This document shows, piece after piece, positions 34,537 to 44,331 of a stretch of 64,000 bases of DNA. The notes beneath the pieces are model-generated. The model worked only from the letters and a program-made list of their open reading frames with translations, searched no databases and was not told the origin of the DNA. The translations under genes were made by a program, and so were the position numbers. Where the stretch lies: NCBI GenBank assembly GCA_038230595.1, contig JBBRMY010000002.1, positions 872 to 64,871 on the forward strand, in the 5' to 3' direction. This DNA is from Ignavibacteria bacterium (GTDB lineage: Bacteria > Bacteroidota > Ignavibacteria > Tepidaquicellales > Tepidaquicellaceae). How positions within the stretch are numbered: the first letter of the stretch is position 1; each line of letters starts with the position of its first letter.

Positions 34537-35532
34537 TTACTTACTGTTGCTTTCAATTTCTTTTAAGATCCTTGATGCTACATCGAGGGCTGTTCTTCCG
34601 TCTTCCAGTGTAACATATGGCTCAGTATCATTTATAATGCTTTCAATAAATTTCTCAAGTTCGAATTTAAGAGGGTTTATTTCTTCGACTGCAGGCTTTT
34701 CATAAATTATTTTGTGGCTTTTACCGTTATGCTCTATAGTTCCGAAATTGAATCCGGAGTTTTCTTCATCTTTATCACTTAATCTGAAAACTTCAGATGT
34801 GTTGGTGGAAAAATCTACAGAAAGATAAGCGTTTTTTTGAAAGAGTCTCATCTTTCTCATTTTGTTAAGAGATATTCTTGATGCTGTAATATTTGCGACG
34901 CATCCATTCTCAAATTCAAGACGGGCATTTGCTATATCAATCTTATCACTAATTATGGCAACTCCATTTGCAGATATTTTAGTAACAGGTGACTTTACAA
35001 GATTTAAAATAATGTCAATATCATGGATCATAAGATCCTGAACTACAGATACATCAGTTCCCCGTGGATTAAACTGAGACAATCTGTGCGATTCAATAAA
35101 TAAAGGTTTAATATTAAAGTTTTCAAGTGATAGAATTGCAGGATTAAATCTTTCTATGTGACCTATCTGAACTTTAACTTTATGCTTTTTTTCGAGAACT
35201 AATAATTTATCAGCTTCAACTATAGTATCAGTGACAGGCTTCTCAATAAAAGTATTAACTCCTGCTGAAAGTGTTTTTTCTGCAAGCTCATAATGGAATG
35301 AGGTTGGAGTTACTATAATAGCAGCATTTATATTAGCAATAAGCTCTTCAGGAGTATTAAATACTTTTAGAGAGTTTTCTTCTGCTATCTGCTTCATTTT
35401 TTCTGCATCGGTGTCAAAGATACCAATGACTTCAGTGTCTTTTCTTTCGCTGCTGATCTCTTTAAGAAGCTTTAGATGAAGCTTACCGAGATGTCCAATA
35501 CCGAAAATCCCTGCTTTTATTTTTTTGCTCAT
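34537..35532 (-). CDS. Gfo/Idh/MocA family oxidoreductase
   Basis: N-terminal KAGIFGIGHLGKLHLK Rossmann motif and EKP motif. Confidence 0.8.
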   Translation of the reverse strand: MSKKIKAGIFGIGHLGKLHLKLLKEISSERKDTEVIGIFDTDAEKMKQIAEENSLKVFNTPEELIANINAAIIVTPTSFHYELAEKTLSAGVNTFIEKPVTDTIVEADKLLVLEKKHKVKVQIGHIERFNPAILSLENFNIKPLFIESHRLSQFNPRGTDVSVVQDLMIHDIDIILNLVKSPVTKISANGVAIISDKIDIANARLEFENGCVANITASRISLNKMRKMRLFQKNAYLSVDFSTNTSEVFRLSDKDEENSGFNFGTIEHNGKSHKIIYEKPAVEEINPLKFELEKFIESIINDTEPYVTLEDGRTALDVASRILKEIESNSK

Positions 35533-35545
35533 ATTTTATTTTATG

Positions 35546-35572
35546 TCACGCAAAGCTCGCAAAGGCGCAAAG
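35546..35572 (+). repeat. R repeat copy 1 (TCACGCAAAGCTCGCAAAGGCGCAAAG)
   Basis: Internally three CGCAAAG units. Begins 14 nt beyond the Gfo/Idh/MocA start codon, i.e. in that gene's leader on the minus strand. Confidence 0.85.
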
Positions 35573-35612
35573 CATTATTATTAACTTTTATTCAATCAGT
35601 TTCCTTTTTGTT

Positions 35613-35639
35613 TCACGCAAAGCTCGCAAAGGCGCAAAG
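35613..35639 (+). repeat. R repeat copy 2
   Basis: Identical 27-mer to copy 1. Lies 19 nt downstream of the GxxExxY stop on the minus-strand reading. Confidence 0.85.
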
Positions 35640-35657
35640 AATTTTTAAATATTTATG

Positions 35658-36038
35658 CTATAAATTGTTAACTATTCTTTTAATACCATCTTTTAACAAT
35701 TCAACATTAAAATTGATTAAGAGACCTAATTTAATATTTGTTAGTCTCAAATATGTTAATAATATTTTACTATGGACTGGTGCAATAGCTTCAATAGATT
35801 TAAGCTCAATAATAAGTTTATCTTCCACAATTATGTCTGCTCGAAAACCCATATCTAATTTTATTGATTCATAAACAACTGCAATAGAAGGTTGTCTTTT
35901 TATATTGTAGCCAAGCTTAATAAGTTCAAAACAAAGAATTTCTTCATAAACAGATTCAAGTAATCCTGGACCTAGTGTTTTATGTATTTTAAAACATTGA
36001 TCTAGAACTGTTTTTGATAAATCATTTTCTGTAAGCAT
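35658..36038 (-). CDS. GxxExxY protein (PD-(D/E)XK-like small nuclease-fold family)
   Basis: HKTLGPGLLESVYEEILCFEL contains the G-x-x-E-x-x-Y signature. DIIVEDKLIIELK matches the D...E-x-K core. 126 aa. Confidence 0.8.
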   Translation of the reverse strand: MLTENDLSKTVLDQCFKIHKTLGPGLLESVYEEILCFELIKLGYNIKRQPSIAVVYESIKLDMGFRADIIVEDKLIIELKSIEAIAPVHSKILLTYLRLTNIKLGLLINFNVELLKDGIKRIVNNL

Positions 36039-36052
36039 ATTTTATATAATTT

Positions 36053-36079
36053 TCACTCAAAGCTCGCAACGGCGCAAAG
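36053..36079 (+). repeat. R repeat copy 3 (TCACTCAAAGCTCGCAACGGCGCAAAG)
   Basis: 2 mismatches to copy 1. Lies in the leader of the GxxExxY gene. The flanks are also homologous to the flanks of copy 1. Confidence 0.8.
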
Positions 36080-36183
36080 CATTATTAATAATTTTAATAT
36101 ATTTAAAGTATAAATATTAGCCATTTGGCAAATCAAGTTTTTTATGATTACATTTTGTTTTTAAATATTATATAAAAGCTTTT

Positions 36184-36210
36184 CTTTGCGCCTTTGCGAG
36201 CTTTGCGCGA
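36184..36210 (-). repeat. R repeat copy 4, inverted
   Basis: ctttgcgcctttgcgagctttgcgcga is the reverse complement of TCGCGCAAAGCTCGCAAAGGCGCAAAG. Lies just downstream of the CDF stop codon. Confidence 0.8.
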
Positions 36211-36220
36211 GACTGTTTTT

Positions 36221-37636
36221 TTAAATCTTCTTCCCCGGCTCGGCGTGGATGATCACGTTTGAGAGCTTTGGAAATTTGCTTTTCAGCTCGCTGAATATTC
36301 GTGATTCCAAAAGAGTTACAATATCATGAACTTCATCGAATGAAAGCATCTGGTCGAATATACAGCTTAAAGATACTCTGATCTTTCCGTTCGTACTTAA
36401 AATAAATATATCATTTTCAGATAATACCTCAGGCTGACTATCAATTATTTTCTTAATACAATTAATCAGTTCTCCGGATTCATCAGTTATATCAAGAGTA
36501 TCATACACAAGATAGCTTGGCTCATCAATGTGAATTCTAATTTTTGTGATCTCTTTTAGTTCCTGCTTGATCTTGTTTTCAATTTCTGTAACCAGGGTAT
36601 GTGCAGCTGTCAGATCATTCGTGTCCTTTATTTCCACATGAAGCTCAGCAAAAATTTCATTTCCAATTTTGTAAGATATTACATCATGAGATTTAAGCTT
36701 ATAAGAATTTACGATCATCTTAATTTTATCATTAATAGTCTCCTTTGGAGTTTCAACGGGCTCTCCGTGAAGGACTATATCAGCGTTCGGATAAAATGCA
36801 TTAAGTTTTTTTTCTACTACGTCCATTACATTATGAGCTTCTGCAAATGGGATTATCCTGTTAAGATTAATAACCATATCTATAAATATTTTCGACCCTG
36901 AGCTCCGGATCCTTAAATTCTTTATTCCTTCAACACCTTCTATCAGGAGTGTTTCATATTTTATTTTTTCATAGATGCCTGCCGGGACTTTATCAAGAAG
37001 AGAATCGAATGCTTTTTTGAACATTCTAACTCCCATGAATATAATTATAGCTGAAACAGCTAATGCGCTTATGGCATCAGCCTGCTTAAATCCGATCAGG
37101 TATAAAGCCAATCCAATTATCACAACAATTGAACTCATTATATCACTTGTAAAATGCATTGCATCGGCTTCAAGTGCATGCGAATTAGTTTCTTTAGCGA
37201 TCTTGTTCAGCTTTCGCGATCTGTTGACATCAATAAATATAGTAAGTATAAGAGCTCCGAATGTCCAAACCGAAATATTTAATAAACCTGCCTCAGGATG
37301 CATCAGCCTTCTGACAGCTTCATAAATGATATATGCTGTAGTTCCAAACAATACTATAACCTGCATTATTGCAGAAAAATTTTCAATCTTTTCGTAACCA
37401 TAGTTATGACGTTCATCAGGCGGACGAGAAGAATATTGAATAGAAAGAAGAGTGATGATGCAGACGAAAATATCTATTGCAGAATTTATTACTTCTGAAA
37501 GAATTCCAAGACTTCCGCTGAAATATACGGCTGCAACTTTAATAAAAGTTATGACGATCGCAGCTAAAAGTGACTTATAAGCTACATTCAGCTTTTTGCT
37601 TATGATATCTGCCTGATTGGAAGTGTTATTATTCAA
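36221..37636 (-). CDS. cation diffusion facilitator transporter with three tandem cytoplasmic domains
   Basis: 6-TM CDF core (HALEADAMHFTSD) followed by three consecutive CTD-like units of about 75-85 aa ending IVLHGEP / IRIHIDEP / VIIHAEP. Confidence 0.8.
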   Translation of the reverse strand: MNNNTSNQADIISKKLNVAYKSLLAAIVITFIKVAAVYFSGSLGILSEVINSAIDIFVCIITLLSIQYSSRPPDERHNYGYEKIENFSAIMQVIVLFGTTAYIIYEAVRRLMHPEAGLLNISVWTFGALILTIFIDVNRSRKLNKIAKETNSHALEADAMHFTSDIMSSIVVIIGLALYLIGFKQADAISALAVSAIIIFMGVRMFKKAFDSLLDKVPAGIYEKIKYETLLIEGVEGIKNLRIRSSGSKIFIDMVINLNRIIPFAEAHNVMDVVEKKLNAFYPNADIVLHGEPVETPKETINDKIKMIVNSYKLKSHDVISYKIGNEIFAELHVEIKDTNDLTAAHTLVTEIENKIKQELKEITKIRIHIDEPSYLVYDTLDITDESGELINCIKKIIDSQPEVLSENDIFILSTNGKIRVSLSCIFDQMLSFDEVHDIVTLLESRIFSELKSKFPKLSNVIIHAEPGKKI

Positions 37637-37639
37637 AGT

Positions 37640-38551
37640 CTATGCAGGTGGAATTGGGACTACCGGCTTTTTTAATTTAACAGAATTGATCTGTGTAAGT
37701 AGAACACCTAAAATGGTTATAAATGCTCCTATTATGAAAAAATACGATAAACTTTCTTTTAATAAAATCCAAGAAAGCAAAATGGTAAATACGGGAGAAG
37801 TGTTTGTTAAAGTAGTAAGTGTGCTTGTTGGAATAAATTTTGTAGAATAATTATAAAGGAAATAGCTGCTGAAGGCAACTATAACTGTAAGATGGAAATA
37901 ACCCACTATCCCCCAGATCTCAAGACGGTCAAAGTTTAGTTCAGGGATATTGTATAAGAAAACCGGAAGATAGATCACGCTGCCGATAATAAAAGCAATT
38001 GTCTGGGTTTTTAAAGAACCATATTTTACTATCATTCCTTTGCTATATGCCAGATAAATTGCAAAAGAAGTTACTGCCAGAAATAAAAGAAGATCTCCTT
38101 TAAGAATTGAACCGCCATCTTTCTGAACGTGAACAATATTTTCATAAAAGATCACGAAGATCCCTGCTATGGTCATTGAAATATAAAGCAGCTTCTTTTT
38201 ATTGAATACTTCCTGTTTAAGCTTTATAGAAACAAGATATACGATCAGTGGAGTGCAGGCATAAAGTATTCCTGAGTGAGAAGCTCCGGACATTTTGATG
38301 CCGGTGAGGAATACAAACTGGTTGAACGGAATTACAAGGAAGCCGAGGAATAGAAACCTAAGCCTGTCTTCTTTTTTTATTCCGAACTTTACTTTTTTAA
38401 AGAGGCAAACTATGTATAGAAGAAGAGTAGCAACTCCAAACCTGAGAAATGCCAGCTCTAACGGATTGATCTCACTGACAGTGTATTTAGCGGCGATAGG
38501 AGTAAAAGCCGCAGCAAAAGTAAGAAAAGCAAGAAGTGAGAATTTTTTCAA
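37640..38551 (-). CDS. EamA/DMT family transporter
   Basis: 10-TM duplicated EamA layout. Lies 3 nt from the CDF gene. Confidence 0.75.
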   Translation of the reverse strand: MKKFSLLAFLTFAAAFTPIAAKYTVSEINPLELAFLRFGVATLLLYIVCLFKKVKFGIKKEDRLRFLFLGFLVIPFNQFVFLTGIKMSGASHSGILYACTPLIVYLVSIKLKQEVFNKKKLLYISMTIAGIFVIFYENIVHVQKDGGSILKGDLLLFLAVTSFAIYLAYSKGMIVKYGSLKTQTIAFIIGSVIYLPVFLYNIPELNFDRLEIWGIVGYFHLTVIVAFSSYFLYNYSTKFIPTSTLTTLTNTSPVFTILLSWILLKESLSYFFIIGAFITILGVLLTQINSVKLKKPVVPIPPA

Positions 38552-38679
38552 AAAATGAAAATTACAATTTGAACCGGTTTGAGGTCCGGTTAGTTACCTT
38601 TTGTTCAAAACCAATATCTATAATTTAGATAATATATTGAATAGTTTTTAGTAAGAAAGAAAAACTATCAATTTTATTT

Positions 38680-41049
38680 TTACAGTTTTTTGGTTTTGAT
38701 ACGCAGTGAATTTGTAACTACTGATACACTGGAAAGAGCCATTGCGACTCCGGCAAAAACAGGATTTAAAAGTATTCCGAATAACGGAAAGAAGAGGCCG
38801 GCAGCGAGTGGGATACCGATTATATTATATATAAATGCCCAGAAAAGATTTTGCTTAATGCCGAGCATGGTGATCTTTGAAAGCCTGATAGCTTTTACCA
38901 GTTTTGAAATATCTCCGTTGAGAAGAGTGATGCCTGCTGATTCGATTGCAACGTCTGTTCCGGTACCCATTGCAATTCCAATATCTGCCTGAGCCAGTGC
39001 AGGAGCATCGTTTATACCATCCCCTGCCATTGCAACTATTTTTCCTTCTGACTGTAATGCTTTTATTTTGATCAGCTTATCCTGTGGAAGAACCTGCGCA
39101 ATTACTTCATCGATACCGACCTGTGAACCAATAAAACGAGCGGCTCTTTCATCATCGCCTGTAAGCATGATGACTTTTATTCCAAGTGCATGAAGATCTT
39201 TAACAGCCTGAGCAGATTCCTCTTTTACTTCATCGGCTATCATAACGTAACCAAGTACATTATCTTTTGAAAATATAAGGACCGGGGTTTTTCCCTGAGA
39301 AGTAAATTCGTTTAATACATTACTATCAAAATCGATTTTCATTTCGGAAATCAGATTAGGGCTGCCGATGAAGTATTCAATTCCGTCTATTGATCCTTGG
39401 ATACCCTTTCCCTGAATTGCCTGAAAATCTTTTACTTCCATTAAAGATATATTTTTTGACGCTGCATAATTTACAACTGCATTTGCAAGAGGATGCTCCG
39501 ACTTTTTTTCAAGGGAAGCGAGAATTGAAATTAATTTTTCTTCTGATATATCTGAAAGAACTTTTATATCTACCAATGCAGGCTTTCCCTTAGTTATAGT
39601 CCCGGTTTTATCTACTACAATAGTGTTTACTTTATGAAGCTTTTCAAGTGTGGCAGCGTCTTTTATTAGAATACCTTCCTTTGCACCTTTACCAACTCCT
39701 ACAATAATTGCAGTTGGCGTTGCAAGACCTAAAGCACAAGGACATGCGATAACGAGTACTCCAACAAATGAAAGTAACCCATAGGATAAAGCCTGAGAAA
39801 AGCCAAGAGAACTTACTCCAAAGATAAGCCAGAGAGCTAAAGATAAAAAAGCTATCACCATAACTATCGGAACGAATACGGCAGAAATTTTATCAGCCAT
39901 TGCCTGAATAGGAGCTTTGCTGCCCTGGGCATCTTTTACCATTTTAATTATGTGAGCTAAAAAAGTTTCTGATCCGATCTTAGTAGCTTTGAAAATAAAT
40001 GAGCCGCTTGTATTCAGAGTTCCTGCTACAACGCTATCATTTATTTTTTTCTGAACAGGCATTGGTTCACCTGTAATCATTGATTCATCTATAAAGGATA
40101 AACCTTCAGTTACAATTCCATCCACAGGAATTTTTGCACCCGGCTTTACAATTATAAGTTCACCGATCAAAACATCATTTACTGATATCTCTATTTCTTT
40201 TCCATCCCGCTTAACAAGTGCAGTTTTTGCCTGAAGATTTAAAAGCTTTTCGATAGCATCCCCTGTCCTGATCTTTGATCTTGTTTCGAGATACTTTCCA
40301 AGAACGATGAAAGTTATAACTACAATTGTTACATCATAATAAGTATGCTCAACATTTATATAAGGTGCTAACAAACTTTCAAAAGCAGTCACAGCAAAGC
40401 TGTATAGGAAGGCTGCAAGCGTACCTATACCGATCAGGGTATCCATGCCGGCATTTCCATAACGAATGAAAAGCCAGACACCTTTAAGATATGGCTTGCC
40501 GGCAACAAAGAGGATATATGTTGCCATAAGCGGAAGCAGATGATGGAAGAATTCCATCATAGTGTGTGACATAGGAGAAACTGACTTATACATTGCGAGA
40601 ATATCCCAAGCCATAATAAAAATGCTAATGATAGCCATGGGAATTGCGATAAGAATTTTAGTCTTTAAGTCAGCAAGCTCGGCAAGCTTATCGTTAAGTG
40701 AAAGATTCAGGCCGAGGTGCTCAGAATGATCACCATGATCCATTCCTTGCATATCATGGTTCATTTTACTGTGATCCATTTTGTCTGTAAGATCAACTTG
40801 AGGATGCATACCGTTTGGATGCGTATTTGATCTGTCTTCAAGAATAAGTGAATATCCGAATGGTTCGATCTTTTTCGAAAGCTGCTCCGGAGTTACTTTT
40901 GAACTGTCAAAGGAAACCTTTACAGACTCATTACCATAATTGGCTTCTGCTTTTTCAACACCTTCGGTTTTTGTAAAAGTTTTTTCGATAGTGTTAGCAC
41001 ACGAAGCGCAGTGCATTCCTTTTATATCGTATGTATTTGTTTCGTTCAT
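38680..41049 (-). CDS. copA: copper-translocating P1B-type ATPase
   Basis: N-terminal HMA GMHCASCANTIE, His/Met-rich linker, TGEP, CPC in TM6, DKTGT, GDGINDAP. Confidence 0.9.
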   Translation of the reverse strand: MNETNTYDIKGMHCASCANTIEKTFTKTEGVEKAEANYGNESVKVSFDSSKVTPEQLSKKIEPFGYSLILEDRSNTHPNGMHPQVDLTDKMDHSKMNHDMQGMDHGDHSEHLGLNLSLNDKLAELADLKTKILIAIPMAIISIFIMAWDILAMYKSVSPMSHTMMEFFHHLLPLMATYILFVAGKPYLKGVWLFIRYGNAGMDTLIGIGTLAAFLYSFAVTAFESLLAPYINVEHTYYDVTIVVITFIVLGKYLETRSKIRTGDAIEKLLNLQAKTALVKRDGKEIEISVNDVLIGELIIVKPGAKIPVDGIVTEGLSFIDESMITGEPMPVQKKINDSVVAGTLNTSGSFIFKATKIGSETFLAHIIKMVKDAQGSKAPIQAMADKISAVFVPIVMVIAFLSLALWLIFGVSSLGFSQALSYGLLSFVGVLVIACPCALGLATPTAIIVGVGKGAKEGILIKDAATLEKLHKVNTIVVDKTGTITKGKPALVDIKVLSDISEEKLISILASLEKKSEHPLANAVVNYAASKNISLMEVKDFQAIQGKGIQGSIDGIEYFIGSPNLISEMKIDFDSNVLNEFTSQGKTPVLIFSKDNVLGYVMIADEVKEESAQAVKDLHALGIKVIMLTGDDERAARFIGSQVGIDEVIAQVLPQDKLIKIKALQSEGKIVAMAGDGINDAPALAQADIGIAMGTGTDVAIESAGITLLNGDISKLVKAIRLSKITMLGIKQNLFWAFIYNIIGIPLAAGLFFPLFGILLNPVFAGVAMALSSVSVVTNSLRIKTKKL

Positions 41050-41149
41050 TAATGTTTAATTAATAGAACAGATCATTTTAAGACGTTTGCCGATAATGCT
41101 TTTAATAAATTATATTATTGAATATTAACATTAAATGAAAATGAAATGA

Positions 41150-42709
41150 TTATTTTATCAAGATCATCTTCTTTGTCTCCGAAAAATTATCTGTAACAAG
41201 CTTGTAAAAATAAATTCCGCTCGCAATCCCTGAACCATCAAAGGCTGCACTATGATTTCCTGCATTTTGCTTTACCATTATAAGCGTTTCAATCTCATTT
41301 CCCAGAACATCATAAACCTTTAGTGAAACGTAAGTTGAAGTGGGCAAAGTATAATTTATTTTTGTAACCGGATTGAATGGATTCGGATAATTTTGTGATA
41401 GGTTGAACTTTAGCGGTATTTCATTTGATATAGGTTCGATACCGGTCGTTTGCGAATATTTAACAGTTATTGTGTTATTGTAACCTGTGCCGGTTACATA
41501 AACATTATTTAAATTATCAATTGCCATATCTTCAGCCGCATAAAATGTACTGGGACCGCTGCCGGGATATAAAACATACCATATCAGGTCTCCTGCTGGG
41601 TTATATTTTGTTACTCTCAAATCGCTAAAACCAGCCACTCTTTCTAATGGAGTTGTTATATATACATTTCCCTGGCTATCAAGTTTTAAAAGCGGCAAGC
41701 TTGTATAAAAAAATACAGGAAATGTTCTTATCCATTGAAATACACCATCTGTGTTATACTTTATTACTCCGTTAATATTATCTTCAATACGCACTGCAAT
41801 ATATACATTTCCGGTTTTATCTACTTCAATATCCTCGCCAGATTCACCAGGTATTTCATCCCCATATAATCTTGTCCATGCTATGTCTCCGTTTGGCTTA
41901 TATTTTATTATTAGGCAGTCGCCTACAATTCCATTTCCGGCTCTTGCATATCCGGTAACATATACATTACCTGAGTCATCAACAGTGCAGGCATTTGCTT
42001 GATCCCATGGTCGAATTGCATTATCAGGATTATTATATAAATGAGTCCACATCGTATCACCATTCGGAGAATATTTTACTGTCCCTGCAGAATAATCTAA
42101 TGGATCATTGTTATCTGTTACTCTTCCTGTAACAATAACATTATTCCATTTATCAATAGCCTGATCATAAACTGTTTCATTACCATTTCCCGGCCCATTT
42201 AAAAAACGCTGCCAGATTACATTCCCATCACTGTCGTATTTAATGGTTGCATAATCATTAATATTAATACCGCTGCTATACAAATATCCCATACTATCTA
42301 TATTCAATTTATCTCCACCGGAACCAATTCCAATAAATCTTCTTGTCCAGACAGTGTCTCCGTTATTTCTGTATTTAATTAAATATCCACCTCCGGTATA
42401 TATATTACCGGCTCTATCTAAAACAATTCCTCTTCCATAATCATTACCATTTTCAATTCCATTAAACCTTGTTATCCATTGCTGTACGCCGGATGAATTA
42501 TATTTGATTGTTCCAACATCGCCGCTTGCCCCTCCTGTTATATAAACATTGTAGGCATGATCAATAATAATTGCTAAACCCACATCGCCTCCACCTCCCG
42601 GTGTATTATAGGTTCTTGCCCATTCTAAAACAGGCTGGCTTTTAGCTGGAAAAGAATAAAATAAAATGAGTATGAATAATATATTGACCAGTTTCTTCAT
42701 TGTACTCAT
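41150..42709 (-). CDS. T9SS C-terminal-domain secreted protein with SBBP-type beta-propeller repeats
   Basis: Repeated D..GN.Y.TG...........KY...G...W units, then SQNYPNPFNPVT...GIYFYKL...KKMILIK. Confidence 0.7.
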   Translation of the reverse strand: MSTMKKLVNILFILILFYSFPAKSQPVLEWARTYNTPGGGGDVGLAIIIDHAYNVYITGGASGDVGTIKYNSSGVQQWITRFNGIENGNDYGRGIVLDRAGNIYTGGGYLIKYRNNGDTVWTRRFIGIGSGGDKLNIDSMGYLYSSGININDYATIKYDSDGNVIWQRFLNGPGNGNETVYDQAIDKWNNVIVTGRVTDNNDPLDYSAGTVKYSPNGDTMWTHLYNNPDNAIRPWDQANACTVDDSGNVYVTGYARAGNGIVGDCLIIKYKPNGDIAWTRLYGDEIPGESGEDIEVDKTGNVYIAVRIEDNINGVIKYNTDGVFQWIRTFPVFFYTSLPLLKLDSQGNVYITTPLERVAGFSDLRVTKYNPAGDLIWYVLYPGSGPSTFYAAEDMAIDNLNNVYVTGTGYNNTITVKYSQTTGIEPISNEIPLKFNLSQNYPNPFNPVTKINYTLPTSTYVSLKVYDVLGNEIETLIMVKQNAGNHSAAFDGSGIASGIYFYKLVTDNFSETKKMILIK

Positions 42710-44331
42710 CTTTCAAGCTTAATAATTATCCCTATTGATGGAATTCTGTTCTTATTAGAAATGCTACCGCTTAAAGGAGTACTGATAAAAAGCATGTAAT
42801 ATCCCGGCGGAAGAATGTATTCATCATAAGGTGCGGTTAGTGTATATGGATGTATTCCATTTGGTATTCCAGGTACTACTTTTAAATATGCAGCCCTTTG
42901 ATTTTGGTCAAAAGCATGAGTTGTAGAGCCTAAGCTAAGGAGCATTGCTCTTTCAATCTGGACATTAGTAGAAATATCAAATGGTTTATTATAATTTAAA
43001 ATTGTTTCTCTTAAATCACTAATAATAGGGCGGGGTTTTGTATTATCAAAATCAAATAAATATGGTGGGCTGTAGATTTCAATGAAATCGCTTGAAGGAA
43101 CTCCATTTAAACTATCTCCTCCGGCAACCCATACTCTTGCATCAAGCATCACTAAAGCTACAGAATGATACATTCTGGTAAATGTATTAGGAGCAACTAT
43201 TGTCCAACTTCCCATTCCCCCTACTGCTTCAGGATCAAATATTTCCGGGAAGGTAACAGCAGCTTCTCTTTGGTTAATTTGATTTCCACCAATTACGAAT
43301 ATTTTTCCATCAGGAAGAATTTCACCATTAGCCTGCGCCCTTCTGAAATTCATTGGATTTACAAAAGACCAACGGGGTCTTGCGCCGGTACCTAGATCAA
43401 TCATCTCGGCAGTGTCAAGAGCAAATTCGCCAAATGTACTATTACCATCTTTGCCGCCTAAAATTAAAAACTTAACGCTTGTATCAGGAAATGGTGATAT
43501 TGGCATGGCAATAGAACAGCCTTCAGTTCTTAGATTAGTTCTTTCATTTCCAACAGGATTCCAATAAATAGCCGAACCGACAGCAAAAGGATCGAATACA
43601 AAAGCCTGCTTCATCGGCATAGAATAGAATACTTTGCCAATAAAATCACCTCGCGCTACTACGTGCGCAGCAGGATAAAGATCGGGAAAAGGCATTTGAG
43701 CATTATGATCAGTTAAGGCAATCCAAACACCACTACTTACTTTGTATATAACAGGAGTTAAATTCGGAAATGGCTGAGTAGTCCAACCAGACATTACAAG
43801 TAGATTGGATGTATGCAATAATGTAACAGTAGGATACCATCTTCCTCCGTTAGGCATTGGTTTTGCCGCGAATGGTGATCCTAAATACTGCCATGTCTCA
43901 TCTTCTTCATTGAAAATATAAGCATAGTCCAAACCATAATAGGGTGGTGGTGGTTGAGGATTCATAGTAGCTACTTTATTTCCTCCGGCTGCAAATAATT
44001 TTAACTTATTATCAGCAAAGTCTATAAAATGTGTATGCCCACTGCAAAAAAGTCTTGGAAGTGGTGTTAGTAAAGGGTCACCGGGCCAGCTTTCAATTAT
44101 CTGTTCTGAAATAGATGCTGGGGTAGTATCTGTAGGGGGCGTCCAGATTTTAGTTTTAATTACTCCACCTTCATTAAGGTCGGCTCTAAAGTATAAAATC
44201 TTCCAGGTATTCCTAATTGCGTTATAAATGATACTTGCATGGACTGCTGTTTGTAATGTATTCATAACAGTAGTTCCATTTGATTCATACTGAATTTCCC
44301 ACTTTCCTTTTTCATTAAGATTGTAATCCAT
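42706..44331 (-). CDS. galactose/glyoxal oxidase-like copper radical oxidase (with DUF1929-type C-terminal domain)
   Basis: All four signature segments are seen: LFCSGH (crosslink Cys), GGRWYPT (Tyr), RMYHSVA (Tyr-His) and STTHAFDQNQR (His). No N-terminal signal peptide is visible. 4 nt overlap with the downstream T9SS gene. Confidence 0.75.
   Translation of the reverse strand: MDYNLNEKGKWEIQYESNGTTVMNTLQTAVHASIIYNAIRNTWKILYFRADLNEGGVIKTKIWTPPTDTTPASISEQIIESWPGDPLLTPLPRLFCSGHTHFIDFADNKLKLFAAGGNKVATMNPQPPPPYYGLDYAYIFNEEDETWQYLGSPFAAKPMPNGGRWYPTVTLLHTSNLLVMSGWTTQPFPNLTPVIYKVSSGVWIALTDHNAQMPFPDLYPAAHVVARGDFIGKVFYSMPMKQAFVFDPFAVGSAIYWNPVGNERTNLRTEGCSIAMPISPFPDTSVKFLILGGKDGNSTFGEFALDTAEMIDLGTGARPRWSFVNPMNFRRAQANGEILPDGKIFVIGGNQINQREAAVTFPEIFDPEAVGGMGSWTIVAPNTFTRMYHSVALVMLDARVWVAGGDSLNGVPSSDFIEIYSPPYLFDFDNTKPRPIISDLRETILNYNKPFDISTNVQIERAMLLSLGSTTHAFDQNQRAAYLKVVPGIPNGIHPYTLTAPYDEYILPPGYYMLFISTPLSGSISNKNRIPSIGIIIKLER

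Noticed and set aside
35476-35874. 132 aa plus-strand ORF overlapping the GxxExxY gene.
   Set aside because: It is antisense to a well-supported gene, starts inside the Gfo gene, reads through the R repeats (HAKLAKAQR), and has low-complexity Ile/Leu/Ser composition.
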